Counted from the first letter of the stretch, positions 28,179-42,772 are shown. The stretch: DNA of 64,000 nucleotides from Eledone cirrhosa (GCA_964016885.1 OZ024741.1:135594001-135658000); one strand, 5' to 3'. Translations and numbers: made by a program. Notes: generated from the sequence alone by a model not told the origin.

Positions 28179-31100
28179 CCTGTGTCAGTGTTGAACAAAA
28201 AGGTGACGTGGTTGCCTTAACACCGTATGGCATAAATTCAGGCTGTTCAGTTTGTTTACAAACGAACAAAGCGACGTTATAATAAGCGCCGCTAAACTGA
28301 TACGTGCATATATGTATGTGTACCTGTATGCATATGTATGTATATATGTATATATATATATATATGTGCATGCTACTGTACGTCTGTATACATATATGTA
28401 TGTACGTATACATGCATACTTACATTTAAGTAAGTGCCATACTAAGAGTGAGAAATGAAATTTCGTTTTCATTTTGTTTCAATTTATCGCTTTCGGTATG
28501 CCTGACCGATTTAACTCACTCAATATGCAAATTAGGCTGCTCAGCCGTTAATTTTCATAAGGAAAGTATATACTTTCGAACGTTCAACTATCTGGCAGAT
28601 GGGTAAACGGTGCTGATGATAGCTAACAAGCTTGAAACTAGTACATCGTTCCTGTGTCAGTGTTGAACAAAAAGGTGACGTGGTTGCCTTAACACCGTAT
28701 GGCATAAATTCAGGCTGTTCAGTTTGTTTACAAACGAACAAAGCGACGTTATAATAAGCGCCGCTAAACTGATACGTGCATATATGTATGTGTACCTGTA
28801 TGCATATGTATGTATATATGTATATATATATATATATGTGCATGCTACTGTACGTCTGTATACATATATGTATGTACGTATACATGCATACTTACATTTA
28901 AGTAAGTGCCATACTAAGAGTGAGAAATGAAATTTCGTTTTCATTTTGTTTCAATTTATCGCTTTCGGTATGCCTGACCGATTTAACTCACTCAATATGC
29001 AAATTAGGCTGCTCAGCCGTTAATTTTCATAAGGAAAGTATATACTTTCGAACGTTCAACTATCTGGCAGATGGGTAAACGGTGCTGATGATAGCTAACA
29101 AGCTTGAAACTAGTACATCGTTCCTGTGTCAGTGTTGAACAAAAAGGTGACGTGGTTGCCTTAACACCGTATGGCATAAATTCAGGCTGTTCAGTTTGTT
29201 TACAAACGAACAAAGCGACGTTATAATAAGCGCCGCTAAACTGATACGTGCATATATGTATGTGTACCTGTATGCATATGTATGTATATATGTATATATA
29301 TATATATATGTGCATGCTACTGTACGTCTGTATACATATATGTATGTACGTATACATGCATACTTACATTTAAGTAAGTGCCATACTAAGAGTGAGAAAT
29401 GAAATTTCGTTTTCATTTTGTTTCAATTTATCGCTTTCGGTATGCCTGACCGATTTAACTCACTCAATATGCAAATTAGGCTGCTCAGCCGTTAATTTTC
29501 ATAAGGAAAGTATATACTTTCGAACGTTCAACTATCTGGCAGATGGGTAAACGGTGCTGATGATAGCTAACAAGCTTGAAACTAGTACATCGTTCCTGTG
29601 TCAGTGTTGAACAAAAAGGTGACGTGGTTGCCTTAACACCGTATGGCATAAATTCAGGCTGTTCAGTTTGTTTACAAACGAACAAAGCGACGTTATAATA
29701 AGCGCCGCTAAACTGATACGTGCATATATGTATGTGTACCTGTATGCATATGTATGTATATATGTATATATATATATATATGTGCATGCTACTGTACGTC
29801 TGTATACATATATGTATGTACGTATACATGCATACTTACATTTAAGTAAGTGCCATACTAAGAGTGAGAAATGAAATTTCGTTTTCATTTTGTTTCAATT
29901 TATCGCTTTCGGTATGCCTGACCGATTTAACTCACTCAATATGCAAATTAGGCTGCTCAGCCGTTAATTTTCATAAGGAAAGTATATACTTTCGAACGTT
30001 CAACTATCTGGCAGATGGGTAAACGGTGCTGATGATAGCTAACAAGCTTGAAACTAGTACATCGTTCCTGTGTCAGTGTTGAACAAAAAGGTGACGTGGT
30101 TGCCTTAACACCGTATGGCATAAATTCAGGCTGTTCAGTTTGTTTACAAACGAACAAAGCGACGTTATAATAAGCGCCGCTAAACTGATACGTGCATATA
30201 TGTATGTGTACCTGTATGCATATGTATGTATATATGTATATATATATATATATGTGCATGCTACTGTACGTCTGTATACATATATGTATGTACGTATACA
30301 TGCATACTTACATTTAAGTAAGTGCCATACTAAGAGTGAGAAATGAAATTTCGTTTTCATTTTGTTTCAATTTATCGCTTTCGGTATGCCTGACCGATTT
30401 AACTCACTCAATATGCAAATTAGGCTGCTCAGCCGTTAATTTTCATAAGGAAAGTATATACTTTCGAACGTTCAACTATCTGGCAGATGGGTAAACGGTG
30501 CTGATGATAGCTAACAAGCTTGAAACTAGTACATCGTTCCTGTGTCAGTGTTGAACAAAAAGGTGACGTGGTTGCCTTAACACCGTATGGCATAAATTCA
30601 GGCTGTTCAGTTTGTTTACAAACGAACAAAGCGACGTTATAATAAGCGCCGCTAAACTGATACGTGCATATATGTATGTGTACCTGTATGCATATGTATG
30701 TATATATGTATATATATATATATATGTGCATGCTACTGTACGTCTGTATACATATATGTATGTACGTATACATGCATACTTACATTTAAGTAAGTGCCAT
30801 ACTAAGAGTGAGAAATGAAATTTCGTTTTCATTTTGTTTCAATTTATCGCTTTCGGTATGCCTGACCGATTTAACTCACTCAATATGCAAATTAGGCTGC
30901 TCAGCCGTTAATTTTCATAAGGAAAGTATATACTTTCGAACGTTCAACTATCTGGCAGATGGGTAAACGGTGCTGATGATAGCTAACAAGCTTGAAACTA
31001 GTACATCGTTCCTGTGTCAGTGTTGAACAAAAAGGTGACGTGGTTGCCTTAACACCGTATGGCATAAATTCAGGCTGTTCAGTTTGTTTACAAACGAACA

Positions 31101-31313
31101 AAGCGACGTTATAATAAGCGCCGCTAAACTGATACGTGCATATATGTATGTGTACCTGTATGCATATGTATGTATATATGTATATATATATATATATGTG
31201 CATGCTACTGTACGTCTGTATACATATATGTATGTACGTATACATGCATACTTACATTTAAGTAAGTGCCATACTAAGAGTGAGAAATGAAATTTCGTTT
31301 TCATTTTGTTTCA

Positions 31314-31381
<68 letters not shown>

Positions 31382-31566
31382 TAATAAGCAAATTACTTAC
31401 AAGACCTCATTATAATTGAATAAATGCCACTGAATACAATATGTTTAAAGAAGATATAGTAATAAGGTTTAAAGGATACATTTACTCTCATCTTTTTGTT
31501 TTCATTCTCGTCTTCTTATTATGGCAGTTGTTTATAACATGAAGAAACGAAACAAATATCAGCTGC

Positions 31567-31642
<76 letters not shown>

Positions 31643-31789
31643 GAAAGTCAGTGTGAAATCTTTCGTTAGGCTCGAAGCCCCTAATAATCCAGTCAGTAGT
31701 ATAGCTTCAGAGCTACAATATTATACACACACATATATATATACCCACAAACTCACACACACACGCACGCACCAACACACAGACACACA

Positions 31790-31856
<67 letters not shown>

Positions 31857-32368
31857 ATGTGTGTATGTGTGTATGTGTGTGTGCATGTATATATTTACAA
31901 ATCCATTAGACACGTTTCGAAAGAAAATAAATTCTTTGATTTTACATAAGTTATTTTTCAATCTTATTGTTATATTTGGCTCAGACATTTCTTTTATAAA
32001 ATCTTTTGTCCAATTGTTTGAAGAACGTACAAGGAAAGCAAAATCTGATTACCCAATCACGTCTCAATATCAGCCGATGTGCATTAAATTTTCTAGATTT
32101 TTAAATGCTTTTAGTTACGGGTTTCAATCATTAGACAGCAGCCGTGCTGAGACTCCAATCTGATTTATTCAATTATATCAACCCCAGTAATTTTAAAAAA
32201 CAAGTGTGGTATTCATTTTATTGACCTGTTTTTGTTGAAACTATAGGTTAACGAACATAATCTCAGATGCAGATGCAAAACAGACACGTTTATCCCCCAC
32301 ACACCCACACTCATTTCCACACTCACACAGGCATATATATATATATATATATAACCTGACATGTCTAC

Positions 32369-32410
<42 letters not shown>

Positions 32411-32631
32411 GTAGACATGTCAGGTTAAATTTCGTTTGTGTGAATCAAATATGCAAACAAAATAAATATGTTTTTCCTGGTACTATACCTTTTACTATTA
32501 TATATATATAAGAGAAACGGGGTTTAGCTTCAAGCATAGCTGTATACAGATATGTATAGACATTTCGTATTTTTTAAGAAACACGGTATTATATATATGT
32601 CTCTCTCTCTCTATATATATATGTGTGTCTA

Positions 32632-32663
<32 letters not shown>

Positions 32664-32664
32664 C

Positions 32665-32805
32665 TCAAGTCGCTCTGGTGAGCTTCTGGCAACGTGTAAC
32701 TCGTCTCATCGTCGGTTCGTCGGCGACTAAAAAGGCTCTCCACCAAGCTTACTTGGTGAAGATCGTGATTTTTGGACATCCAGCGTGATGAAAGGCAAGA
32801 CCAGA
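32665..32805 (+). mobile_element. Degraded RTE-like 5' UTR fragment
   Basis: tcgtcggcgactaaa...cttggtgaagatcgtgatttttggacatcc matches the minus strand of 5380-5560. Confidence 0.45.
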
Positions 32806-32929
32806 CAAACGCCTGAGGAACAAATATGAACCAACGACCATCCATTAGTACAGACATATGTATATATAAATATATGTATTGTGTGGGACTGCGTACGATT
32901 GGGTATATATATATACATATATATATATA

Positions 32930-33236
32930 TATTGTTATTCTTGGGGAGGGTCATATTTGTGTAATATTGCCAGAATTAATAACAGAACACACTCACTGTT
33001 TGGTTGGTTTTCGTTTCTCGCTTCTGTGTCTTTTATATCGGTAATCTAACTTACTCGGTCATCAATGTTGCCATTGACTGACCGACGGTCAAAAATAATA
33101 CAGATACAATATAGACACAAACATATGTTATTAATTCTGGCAATATTACACAAATATGACCCTCCCCAAATATAACAATATTTGTTTCGACACACGATTT
33201 CATATAAAAAACCTCGCAAAACTAATTCATCGCCGC
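32930..33236. mobile_element. Fold-back element in (TA)n, no HHR seen
   Basis: Inverted arms of about 55 bp (tattgttatt...gccagaattaataac / gttattaattctggc...ataacaata) plus a right extension. Confidence 0.7.
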
Positions 33237-33370
<134 letters not shown>

Positions 33371-33858
33371 TACATATATATATATCCTATCTGGCCACTT
33401 TCTGAAATAACACAGACAACCGACCACTACACACCATTTGATCATATACTTTGATCAGAAGTTCTAGATTCTACTTATAGCCTCTCATTTGATACATTCA
33501 ATTCGAAACACAATCACAAACACACTGGATTAATATAAAAATGTTTGTTTTAAGTTGAAAAAAGTGGGTAAATTATCCCTTTTTTTCCGTCATTAGGGGT
33601 AATTTTCCTGACATATTCAACTATCATGTGAAGTTCAATAGCATTGTGGTGGTTTTTTTTTTTAAATGCACGCACACACACACACGCACAAACACAGACA
33701 CACATACAGACATACATGTCCATACATGTACGTAGACTCACACATATATTCTATTGACAGAATGCGCTGCAGTACATTCCCTTCATCAGCTGTTGACTGG
33801 AGATCACAATGGTTCCGGTACCATATAATAATATCGCCCCTTCAAGTAATGCTAAGTA

Positions 33859-34725
33859 GCGTGGATTGGCAGTATCGATAGAGGGTTTAACGCCATGCTT
33901 TGCAGCAAAAAGTTACAGCTCTTTATGGTCGGAGTTCAAATCTCGCCAAGGTTAACCTTACGGGGTCGATAAAATAGAGCAGCAATACATTGGGATAATT
34001 GCTGGCCTTGTGCCAAATATAGAAACAATTAATATTACTACGGAATGCCCTGGCTTTATGCTCAAATTTGTAGCAGGGTTTTCCTAGTTATCTATACATC
34101 TATTACCAGAATCGTTTTGCTGTTATAATCAATCACATTATAAACGCATTATGATGGATCGGCAGTGGATTGACACTAAAATTAGAGCGTCGGACAAAAT
34201 GTTTCGTGGTATTTAGTTACGTCCCTTTACATTCTAAGTTCAAGTCCCACCGAAATTAGTTTTGTCTTTAATCCTTATGAGGTCGATAAAATAAGGTACC
34301 AATAACGCACTGGGGTCGATTTAATCGGCTTTCCCCTTCCCCAAAATTGTTGACTCTGTGCATAAATCAGGAGCCATTATGATGTTCAATTCTTGTTGAG
34401 ATTTTGCCCTTTACTCACTGTGCTGCTCGTCCCACTTAGATACTTTTGCCACAGTAGTTGTATACTAACAGCCACTGTTAAAGGATTCACCATTGGGTTG
34501 GTCGACAAAAATAATGGGTTCTGATTTAGGCACAAGGCCAACGATTTTAGAGGAGAGGAAAGTCGATTAAATCGACGACAGTGCGTTACTGGTCCTTTAT
34601 TTTCTTGACTCAGTATGGACGAAAGATAAAGCTAATCTCGATGCGATTTGAATTCAGATAGGAAAGGGACGTAACTATATGACACAAAGTATGTTGTCCG
34701 ATGCTCTAAAGATACTGCCAATCAA
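33859..34725. mobile_element. Three SINE copies
   Basis: About 33859-34030 (+), 34161-34378 (+), 34513-34725 (-). Confidence 0.85.
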
Positions 34726-35229
34726 CCAGCCTAGTCGACGAAAATAATGATATTATGAACAACATTATAATATATTGGATTCCTTACTTCTGTACACTCT
34801 TTCCATATACATTAAAACCACAATAATACGAGGCTGAGGCATCTAACCACATTTATTTTAATGTAATACATGATAATATTATTATTGGCGTCAAGCTGCG
34901 TAGAATCATTTCATAGAAAGTAGATTTTTAGTTTATATCTAGCCTATTATATAGAAGTTCGTCTTTGTAAAACATTTTAACAAACGCTATGTTATAATGC
35001 AGAGCTAATGAATCACATTTATTTGAAGGCAACGCATAGACACACATACACATTTATGAAGAAATATGGATTTATTCAAACACACACACACACACACACA
35101 CGCACACACACACACACACTCACACGTATATATATATATATGTATGTATATAACCATATATGTATGCCTATATCTATCTATATATACTAAACATATACAT
35201 GTATGTATAATTACACCATATATATATAC

Positions 35230-35840
35230 ATGGCGGCTGCCAACTCGTTTTCGAGTACGGCCACTACTTTATATCCATGTAGGAGAACCCTTACCGATGC
35301 GCTGAACGAATGTGACTTTTTAGTCCGGCCAGCGACTTGAAAACTCTGGTACAAACACTACACTTGTGACAATTATTGACACATAGTGCTGGGCCCATGG
35401 TACCATGTGACGACAAGTGCAGGGAGATCTCCAGATATAAAGCAATGCCTGTGCCGTGAAGCTTTTATAGTGAGCAAAGGCACTGCACAAAGCCAGTCCC
35501 ACTCTCTTAACCAAGATGATATTTACCAAAAAGAAGAACAAGTCAACATCATTGGATACCATCAGAGTTGCAGGTGTTATATCAGAGTTTTCCTTCTCCT
35601 AGAATTCTGCCTTGAAAAAGGCTAAGGGGTCATCTCTCCCGGTGATTTTGGATGGCCATTGACACTTAAGAGCTCCTTTTCCCTTTGACAGGTTTTGTTT
35701 TTAGTCCTGCAGGATATCCAAAATCACCCTCCTCACCAAGAAACCTTGGTGGGGTTGCCAGTTTAGTCGCCAACGACCCGACCATGAGACAGGTTGTACT
35801 GGGATACATGTTACCAGTAGCACCAACTGGTGACCTGACA
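35230..35840 (-). mobile_element. Probable RTE-clade LINE 5' UTR fragment
   Basis: Homolog of 5060-5565. The minus strand has ctaggagaaggaaaactctga, which I recognise from RTE 5' UTRs. Confidence 0.5.
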
Positions 35841-35843
35841 TAC

Positions 35844-35876
<33 letters not shown>

Positions 35877-36157
35877 AGCAAACACATTATCGCGAATTGG
35901 CTTTGCAAAGCAAGTTCATGGAGATGGCTGATCACGTTAGCACCGGCCTGACAGATGACTACCGAGGCTAATGAGGTAGGTGTCTGCCTATCTGTTTGTG
36001 CGTTTATCTATCCGATCTCTCAGCGCACCAGCCGGGGTGTATGTCTGTCCATCTCACACTTACAATCACCACTTCAAGGTTCATGCAGACGCACATATTA
36101 CACAAACTTATATTTATACGCGCAAAATATTTTTATATAAATATTTCTGGCTGTAAT

Positions 36158-36405
36158 AATTGTTTCTACTTTTAGCACAAGGCCAGCAATTATCCCAGTG
36201 CATTACTGGTACTTTATTTTATCGACCCCGTAAGGCAAAGTTAACCTTGGCGGGATTTGAACTCAGAATGACAGGGGCCGTAACTCTATGCGTCAAAGCA
36301 TGGCGTCCGACCCTCTACCAATACTGCTAATCCAGCTGTAATAATTGTTTCTACTTTTGGCACAAGGCCAGCAAATACCCAGTACATTACTGGTACTTTG
36401 TTTCA
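36158..36405 (-). mobile_element. SINE plus duplicated SINE tail
   Basis: Same family as 13755; ctgtaataat repeated at the boundaries. Confidence 0.85.
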
Positions 36406-36539
36406 TCCAGCTGTAATAATAATGGTTCATCGTATCTGGGTGAAAAATTGCATTAGCTAACGTACCATTTTTTCATCGATAATACATACTCTAATGGACA
36501 TAACTGAGCTAGCCAAAAACATCTCCTTATTCCATATAC

Positions 36540-36642
<103 letters not shown>

Positions 36643-37843
36643 CATGTTCATATATATAGATGAGTAAACATCTAATGGCGTTATGTTTTTGAGGTTAGGT
36701 ATAACTTGTTTTGAAATGTTATAACTGACAATTTAATCCCTATTTATCACGTGTAACTTAGAGTTATGTCAATAATGCCGACAGACTCTTCTTCACTTCT
36801 AGTTTACGTGTCATCTGATAATGTATGCCAATTTTTAAAGCATATGGAAGAAAATTGCATCACTTTTTAATCCTGTTTTCATCTCTGAACTAGTAACAAC
36901 TTTCATTGCGTTCAACGTTTCCTCTCATCCTTTTGAATTTGATAAATAACAAAACAGTCCAGTACAAGTGTAGACTTCTCCTCAATCTCTCTGGAAAAAA
37001 TCTTATATCTTCAGACTTAGAGAGGGATTACTGCGCCAGGCTTAAATGCACAAAACATATGTCACGAAGGCGCCCCTTACAGCTCTATTAACAGCCAAGA
37101 CCCTGTGGTATGTCATACTTATTTTATGGTCCCTCTCATTAGTAGAGTATCTGCAAGCTATGCTTTTTTCCGAAAGCAAATTTTATATGTGAATAATTAT
37201 ACCCATGAATAAGTAAAACACATTTTTTTAAGACGTTAAAAGCCAGCTTCGAAACAGTCGCAGTTTGTGAAATGTATTAATGAAGTTTGCTTGCCAATAA
37301 GATTTTAGTTTTAACTTTAATTTTCTATAGCTTGTGTTTTAATGTCTACGTGTTATTTGTGTATATACAACTTTTCGTTTGAAGAATATATATGGTTTCT
37401 ATTTATTTATTTATATATTTATTTGTTTATATATATATATTTTTTTAATAACTGACATCGCTAAATGTAAGTCTAAAATATAAACAGTGAATTCCTGAAA
37501 AAAACTCTAGGCTGTTAGATATTTAATGAAAGCGTTTCAAAGTAAAAGCTAGTACTAAATATTACGCATGCACTTATATGTGCTTTGGAAAATCTCGCTT
37601 TGAACTGCCCAGGAAAGAGTTCTCATAAATATTATATACGTATTAGTACATATATATATATATATGGTGGTACATATATACATAAATTATATATATATAT
37701 ATTTTTTCCTATATATATATATAGATTTGGTAGCACATAAACAGTTGTTTTACAAACGGTACAAGTAATATTTGGTTTGATCATATGTTATTTTTCACGA
37801 AACTGTGAACCAAATGTAATGACTGTAGGCTATATATGTACAG

Positions 37844-37904
<61 letters not shown>

Positions 37905-38451
37905 CTGTGTGTATATGTGTGTTTGTGTCTGTGTGTGATATGTGTGTGTGTATGTGTGTGTCTTTATAGTGAAGACAGGTATCTTTGTGGTTAGCAGTGG
38001 GCACATGATCATACCTTTATTACGAATGAAAATTAATTGAAATAATGGTAATTATTAGCAATTATGGTGAAAAGTAGAGGTAATATATTAATTAAGCACA
38101 AATTCTTGATTTAATAATATCGCATTTGATTGAGTTTAAGATTCTATTTCAACACTCATGCATATATCTATATATATATAAATTATTGAAGTGCTGGGAG
38201 TATTTGAAAATGTGAGATTTAGGTCAACATTGCCACTAAAGTGAAATATATAGCATCATAATTAAGGCCAGAATTGCCTGTCGCACCTTAGAATAATGGT
38301 AATGCACGCTCACGGTAGTTGAGGGAAACGTGTTTCGATTCCTAGTAGACGCCTCTGACAACTCTATTCCGTCTGTAATTACAATTTACCCCCTTTTCTC
38401 CAGCGACTGTACTCGCAGTTATTTTCTGTGTCTGAGTTCCTCACATTTCCA

Positions 38452-38484
<33 letters not shown>

Positions 38485-38671
38485 TTATATGAGTATGTAT
38501 TTATATATGAATATTTATAAAGATATAGAAAGATCTGTAAAATACCGACCGCGGCGCCAAGCGGTTTCGGCGTGTGTTCAACAACCCTTTTAAATGAGGT
38601 AGTCTCTCTCTCTATATATTCGGAATGCGGCGGAGCTAGATTATATCTAATTGTCTAGCTCGTTGTAATTA

Positions 38672-38792
<121 letters not shown>

Positions 38793-39642
38793 GATAGAGA
38801 GAGAGGTTGATTATAACGAGCTAGACAATTATATATATATACATATCGGCATGGTGTAGCAGAAAGAAACATTGATGTCGCTGTCCATCGCCGTTGCCTT
38901 TCTTTACGTTTCATTGGCCTTAGATTTTGTCATACATCTTTGTCGATAAAACACGAATCAGATAATATACTAGAGTGGAAATAACCGATTAACGCAACAC
39001 TTGAAGTCAATGTCCTAGTTTGGCCGCAGTGAATCTAGTGAAAGAATAAAGGAATAAGAGAATGTAGTTCACATTTCATTAACTCTCCCGATTCTTTGAT
39101 TCTCTATCATGTCTTTATTCTTCTGCTATTCACTTTCAGAATGTATTATCGTATAAATATCATGTTTATTCTTTTATTCTTTTATTCTTTATTTGTAATA
39201 GTAAAGACTCAATGAAATGGACGGCAGATAAGAACACTTTATCATTTAAATATGAACATTCAGGAATATCTTTGTTATTAGAGACTCTATACAAAGTATA
39301 ACTGTTATCTTTTTATAAAGATCAATTAAACCAATTCAAATGTATAGTGATCGATATAAATAAGAGTAAAATAATTGAATACAATGACACACACACATTC
39401 ATACAGCTGCACACAAACACACTCACGCACTCACACACGGAAGCGCAAATATTCACGGACACATCCACACATGGACACATAAACAAATCGAGATATATAT
39501 ACACCAGCACATACACACAACGACATAAATACACAAAGTGATACATACACATATGCATACACACACATGCAAAGAAAACACATTAACACGCACACATATA
39601 TATATATATTGGAAACATACACATACATATATATACATGGAA

Positions 39643-39697
<55 letters not shown>

Positions 39698-39989
39698 CAC
39701 ACGGATAAAAACACAATAAACTAACAAATACTTACAAATACACACATGTCTACATACACACACACACACATACAACCACCCGACCCCACAACGAAGTATA
39801 TGCGCACGCATGACTTCATATAATCATATTTATGTCTCTAGATCCAAATGAAAGATATATTATTGAATGCTGTTGTGAAATATACAGTTTGATTGTTTTG
39901 GTAAAACCGACACAATGTTATGAATTATAAGATTTTGGTTGTTAATCTCCTTGTAATATATAACCAGCAATTTCTCTGTCTGTCTGTCC

Positions 39990-40450
39990 GACGCGTAGAG
40001 AGAGAAAGTGAGAGTGAAAGAAACAGACAGACTAAAAGAGGGGGATAACGGGAGAGAGAGAGAGAGAGAGAGAGACGCTGGAAGAAGGGAAGGAAAGTTA
40101 TATGTCTTGCTGTCTGCATTACGATACATATATATATATATACACACACACACTGAGCGCGACATAATGACGTAATGCAGACAGCCAGATATACAGACAG
40201 ATATTATAAGGGCGCAACGTTATATCTATCTAAAAAGAAAGACTAAGAATTATACAGAGAGAACGCTAAATCGCCTAATGCGGTCCCTAGGGCATTGAAA
40301 ATTTGAAATAATATTTGCTCAAAACACTCACATGTCTAAAGTTTGAAAACAATCGGTTGGATGGTTCTCAAGTTTTAGTGAGCTGACAGACAGACAGACA
40401 TTCTCTGTTTTAGATATATAGACTAGCAGAAAACCGCCCACGTGGTTGCT
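39990..40450 (-). mobile_element. Non-autonomous Helitron-like element, partial
   Basis: Reverse-complement homolog of 41250-41590, starting TCTATA immediately after a ...ttttctgCTAG end. Confidence 0.65.
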
Positions 40451-40660
40451 ATCTCTCTCTCTCTCCAGCTATCCCTCTCTTTTAGTCTGTCTGTTTCTCT
40501 CACTCTCACTCTTTCTCTTTGTAACACACTAACATTCCTCCCCTCTATCGCTGTGACGAATGGGGAGATGGAGGAGGAGGAGGAGAGAGTCACTTCGTCA
40601 CTTCACCTCTGTCTTTCTTTCTCTCCCCTCTCACTCCCTCATTACGTACAGACATTAGGA

Positions 40661-40850
40661 CGGTAGATTGGCAGAATCTGTAGAGAGTCGGACACCATGC
40701 TTCATAGCATGGAGTTACGTTCCTTTACGGTCTGAGTTCAAATACCGCCGAGGTTGACTTTGCCTTTCATCCTCACGGGGTCGATAAAATAAAGTACCAG
40801 TAATGTACTGGGTAACTGCTGGCCTTGTGCCAAAAGTAGAAACAATTATT
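40661..40850 (+). mobile_element. tRNA-derived SINE
   Basis: Full-length member of the 13755 family. Confidence 0.88.
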
Positions 40851-40967
40851 AGAAACATTGCTTCATTTTTACATATCTAAGCATTAGTAAAATAACTAAT
40901 AATTTCAAAAGTAATTTTTCAATTCCAATTGTTATGAACAGCAAAACATTAATAATAATTTTGTTCT

Positions 40968-41210
40968 AAGAAATATATATACATTTCTGTGTGTGTAATA
41001 TATATATATATACACCCACAAAAATATATATACATTTCTGTGTGTGTAATATATATATATATACACACAGAAATATAAATACATTTCTGTGTGTGTAATA
41101 TATATATATATACACACACAGAAATATATATACATTTCTGTGTGTGTAATATATATATATATATACACACAGAAATATATATACATTTCTGTGTGTGTAA
41201 TATATATATA
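40968..41210. repeat. Self-complementary minisatellite, about 48-50-bp unit, about 5 copies
   Basis: agaaatatatatacatttctgtgtgtgtaa(ta)ncacac repeated. Confidence 0.8.
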
Positions 41211-41249
41211 TACTAGCAGAAAACCACCCGGTGGGTGGTTTTCTGCTAG

Positions 41250-42116
41250 TCTATATTACTAAAACAGAGAATGTCTGTTTGTCTGTCTGTCTCTCTGCCT
41301 GTCTGTCTGTACAATCACTAAAACTCGAGAACCACCCAACCGATTGTTTTCAAACTTTACACGTGTAATACTTATGGTGCTATTGAGTGTTCTGAGCAAA
41401 AGAGATTTCAAATTTTCAATGCCCTAGGGACCGCATTAGGCGATTTAGCGATCTCTTTCTCTCTCTTTTAGACTTTCTCTTTTTAGATAGATACATATAT
41501 ATTACGTTGCGCCCTTATAATATCTGTCTGTATGCCTGATTGACTGCATTACGTCATTATGACGCGATCAGTTTGTGTGTGTGTGTATATATATTCTTAT
41601 GCCAGGGAACATCTACGCGAACCAAAGTATCGTCTTCCTGTTTTCCTTCGGTTGCAACGTTTTTCGAAATATTTACATTTGCGTTCACAGATTGATTTTT
41701 TTAAATTTTAGTTTCAGAAGATCCCGTTAAGGGTGAAAGCAGCGATTCTTTGCTTAAACTTTAATATAGTATTTTAATATAGATATTCGTGTACAGATAG
41801 TTTTGCATACACAAAAACAAAATATAAACAAACAAGGCCAACGATTATATCAGTTAGTCTTAGTGTACTTCATACTGCTTTTAGGTAAAAGATCCCGTTA
41901 AGGTTGAAAGCAGCGATTCTTTGCTTAAAATTTAATCTGTTATTTTAATATATATATGTATATATAATTGTATATTCGTGTACAGATATTTTTGCATACA
42001 CAATAAAAAAATATAAACAAACGTATTTATTTCACGAGGCTCGATAAGGATAAATATATATCAAATATATAAGAACCCTAGAGAAAATCCCGAGCATCGC
42101 CGGACCATTGTGCTAG
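41250..42116 (+). mobile_element. Non-autonomous Helitron-like element
   Basis: 5' TC, (GTCT)n near the 5' end, internal duplication (about 41720/41890), 3' GC-rich hairpin ccgagcatcgccgg followed by CTAG|T. Confidence 0.7.
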
Positions 42117-42149
42117 TATTAAACTAAAATAACGTAGTGTTACGCACGT

Positions 42150-42202
<53 letters not shown>

Positions 42203-42364
42203 TATTTATTGCTCTGTGAAATTGCAAAACTATCGTGATTGGAAATTTCCCAATTGGATTAAACTCTGAACTGTCTCTTACCTATCTTGTTATGGAATAC
42301 AAAATCACATTGAGCTGTAAAATGTTCTTTGCTTTTATATGGTTGTATTATCAACTCATCTAAA

Positions 42365-42463
<99 letters not shown>

Positions 42464-42474
42464 TATATATAAAT

Positions 42475-42772
42475 TTTGAGTATATGTTGGTTGTATACCA
42501 ACACAAGTATGCAGATTGGAGCACTCGACGAAGTGCGCAGGTTGGTTTGGTTACTCCGGAGTAGTGTAAAATAAAATAAAAAGTCAAATGTTTTAAATTT
42601 GTCTTCGTTTATTACTGCTATATATATATATTTCGGTGACAGCCATCTTTGGCTGTCACCTCTTCAGGCAGTCCGAATTAGTGTGGTAGAGACGAGTACA
42701 CATGTTGTTGAGGTGTTTAACTTTGTCAATACTCTGATATGCCCAGTTCCTGGTTGGGTTGTTATTTCACTG
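42475..42772 (-). mobile_element. Solo 3' end of the 46033-47950 family with HHR
   Basis: HHR at about 42614-42672 on minus, with a longer tail than the other copies. Confidence 0.8.

Larger units (their letters stand above)
25481..31319. repeat. Inverted tandem array of a 472-bp hammerhead-containing unit (retrozyme-like)
   Basis: Exact 472-bp period. About 4.9 units at 25481-27777, then about 7.5 units in the opposite orientation at 27778-31319. The only difference I noticed is C>T at 26887. (TA)n on both sides. Confidence 0.96.

Noticed and set aside
25481-31319. Repeated 114, 95 and 68 aa ORFs in the array as proteins, or the array as a CRISPR locus
   Set aside because: The ORFs are partly microsatellite translations with no motif and are not preserved in the diverged copies. 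There are no unique spacers or cas genes, and the context is eukaryotic.
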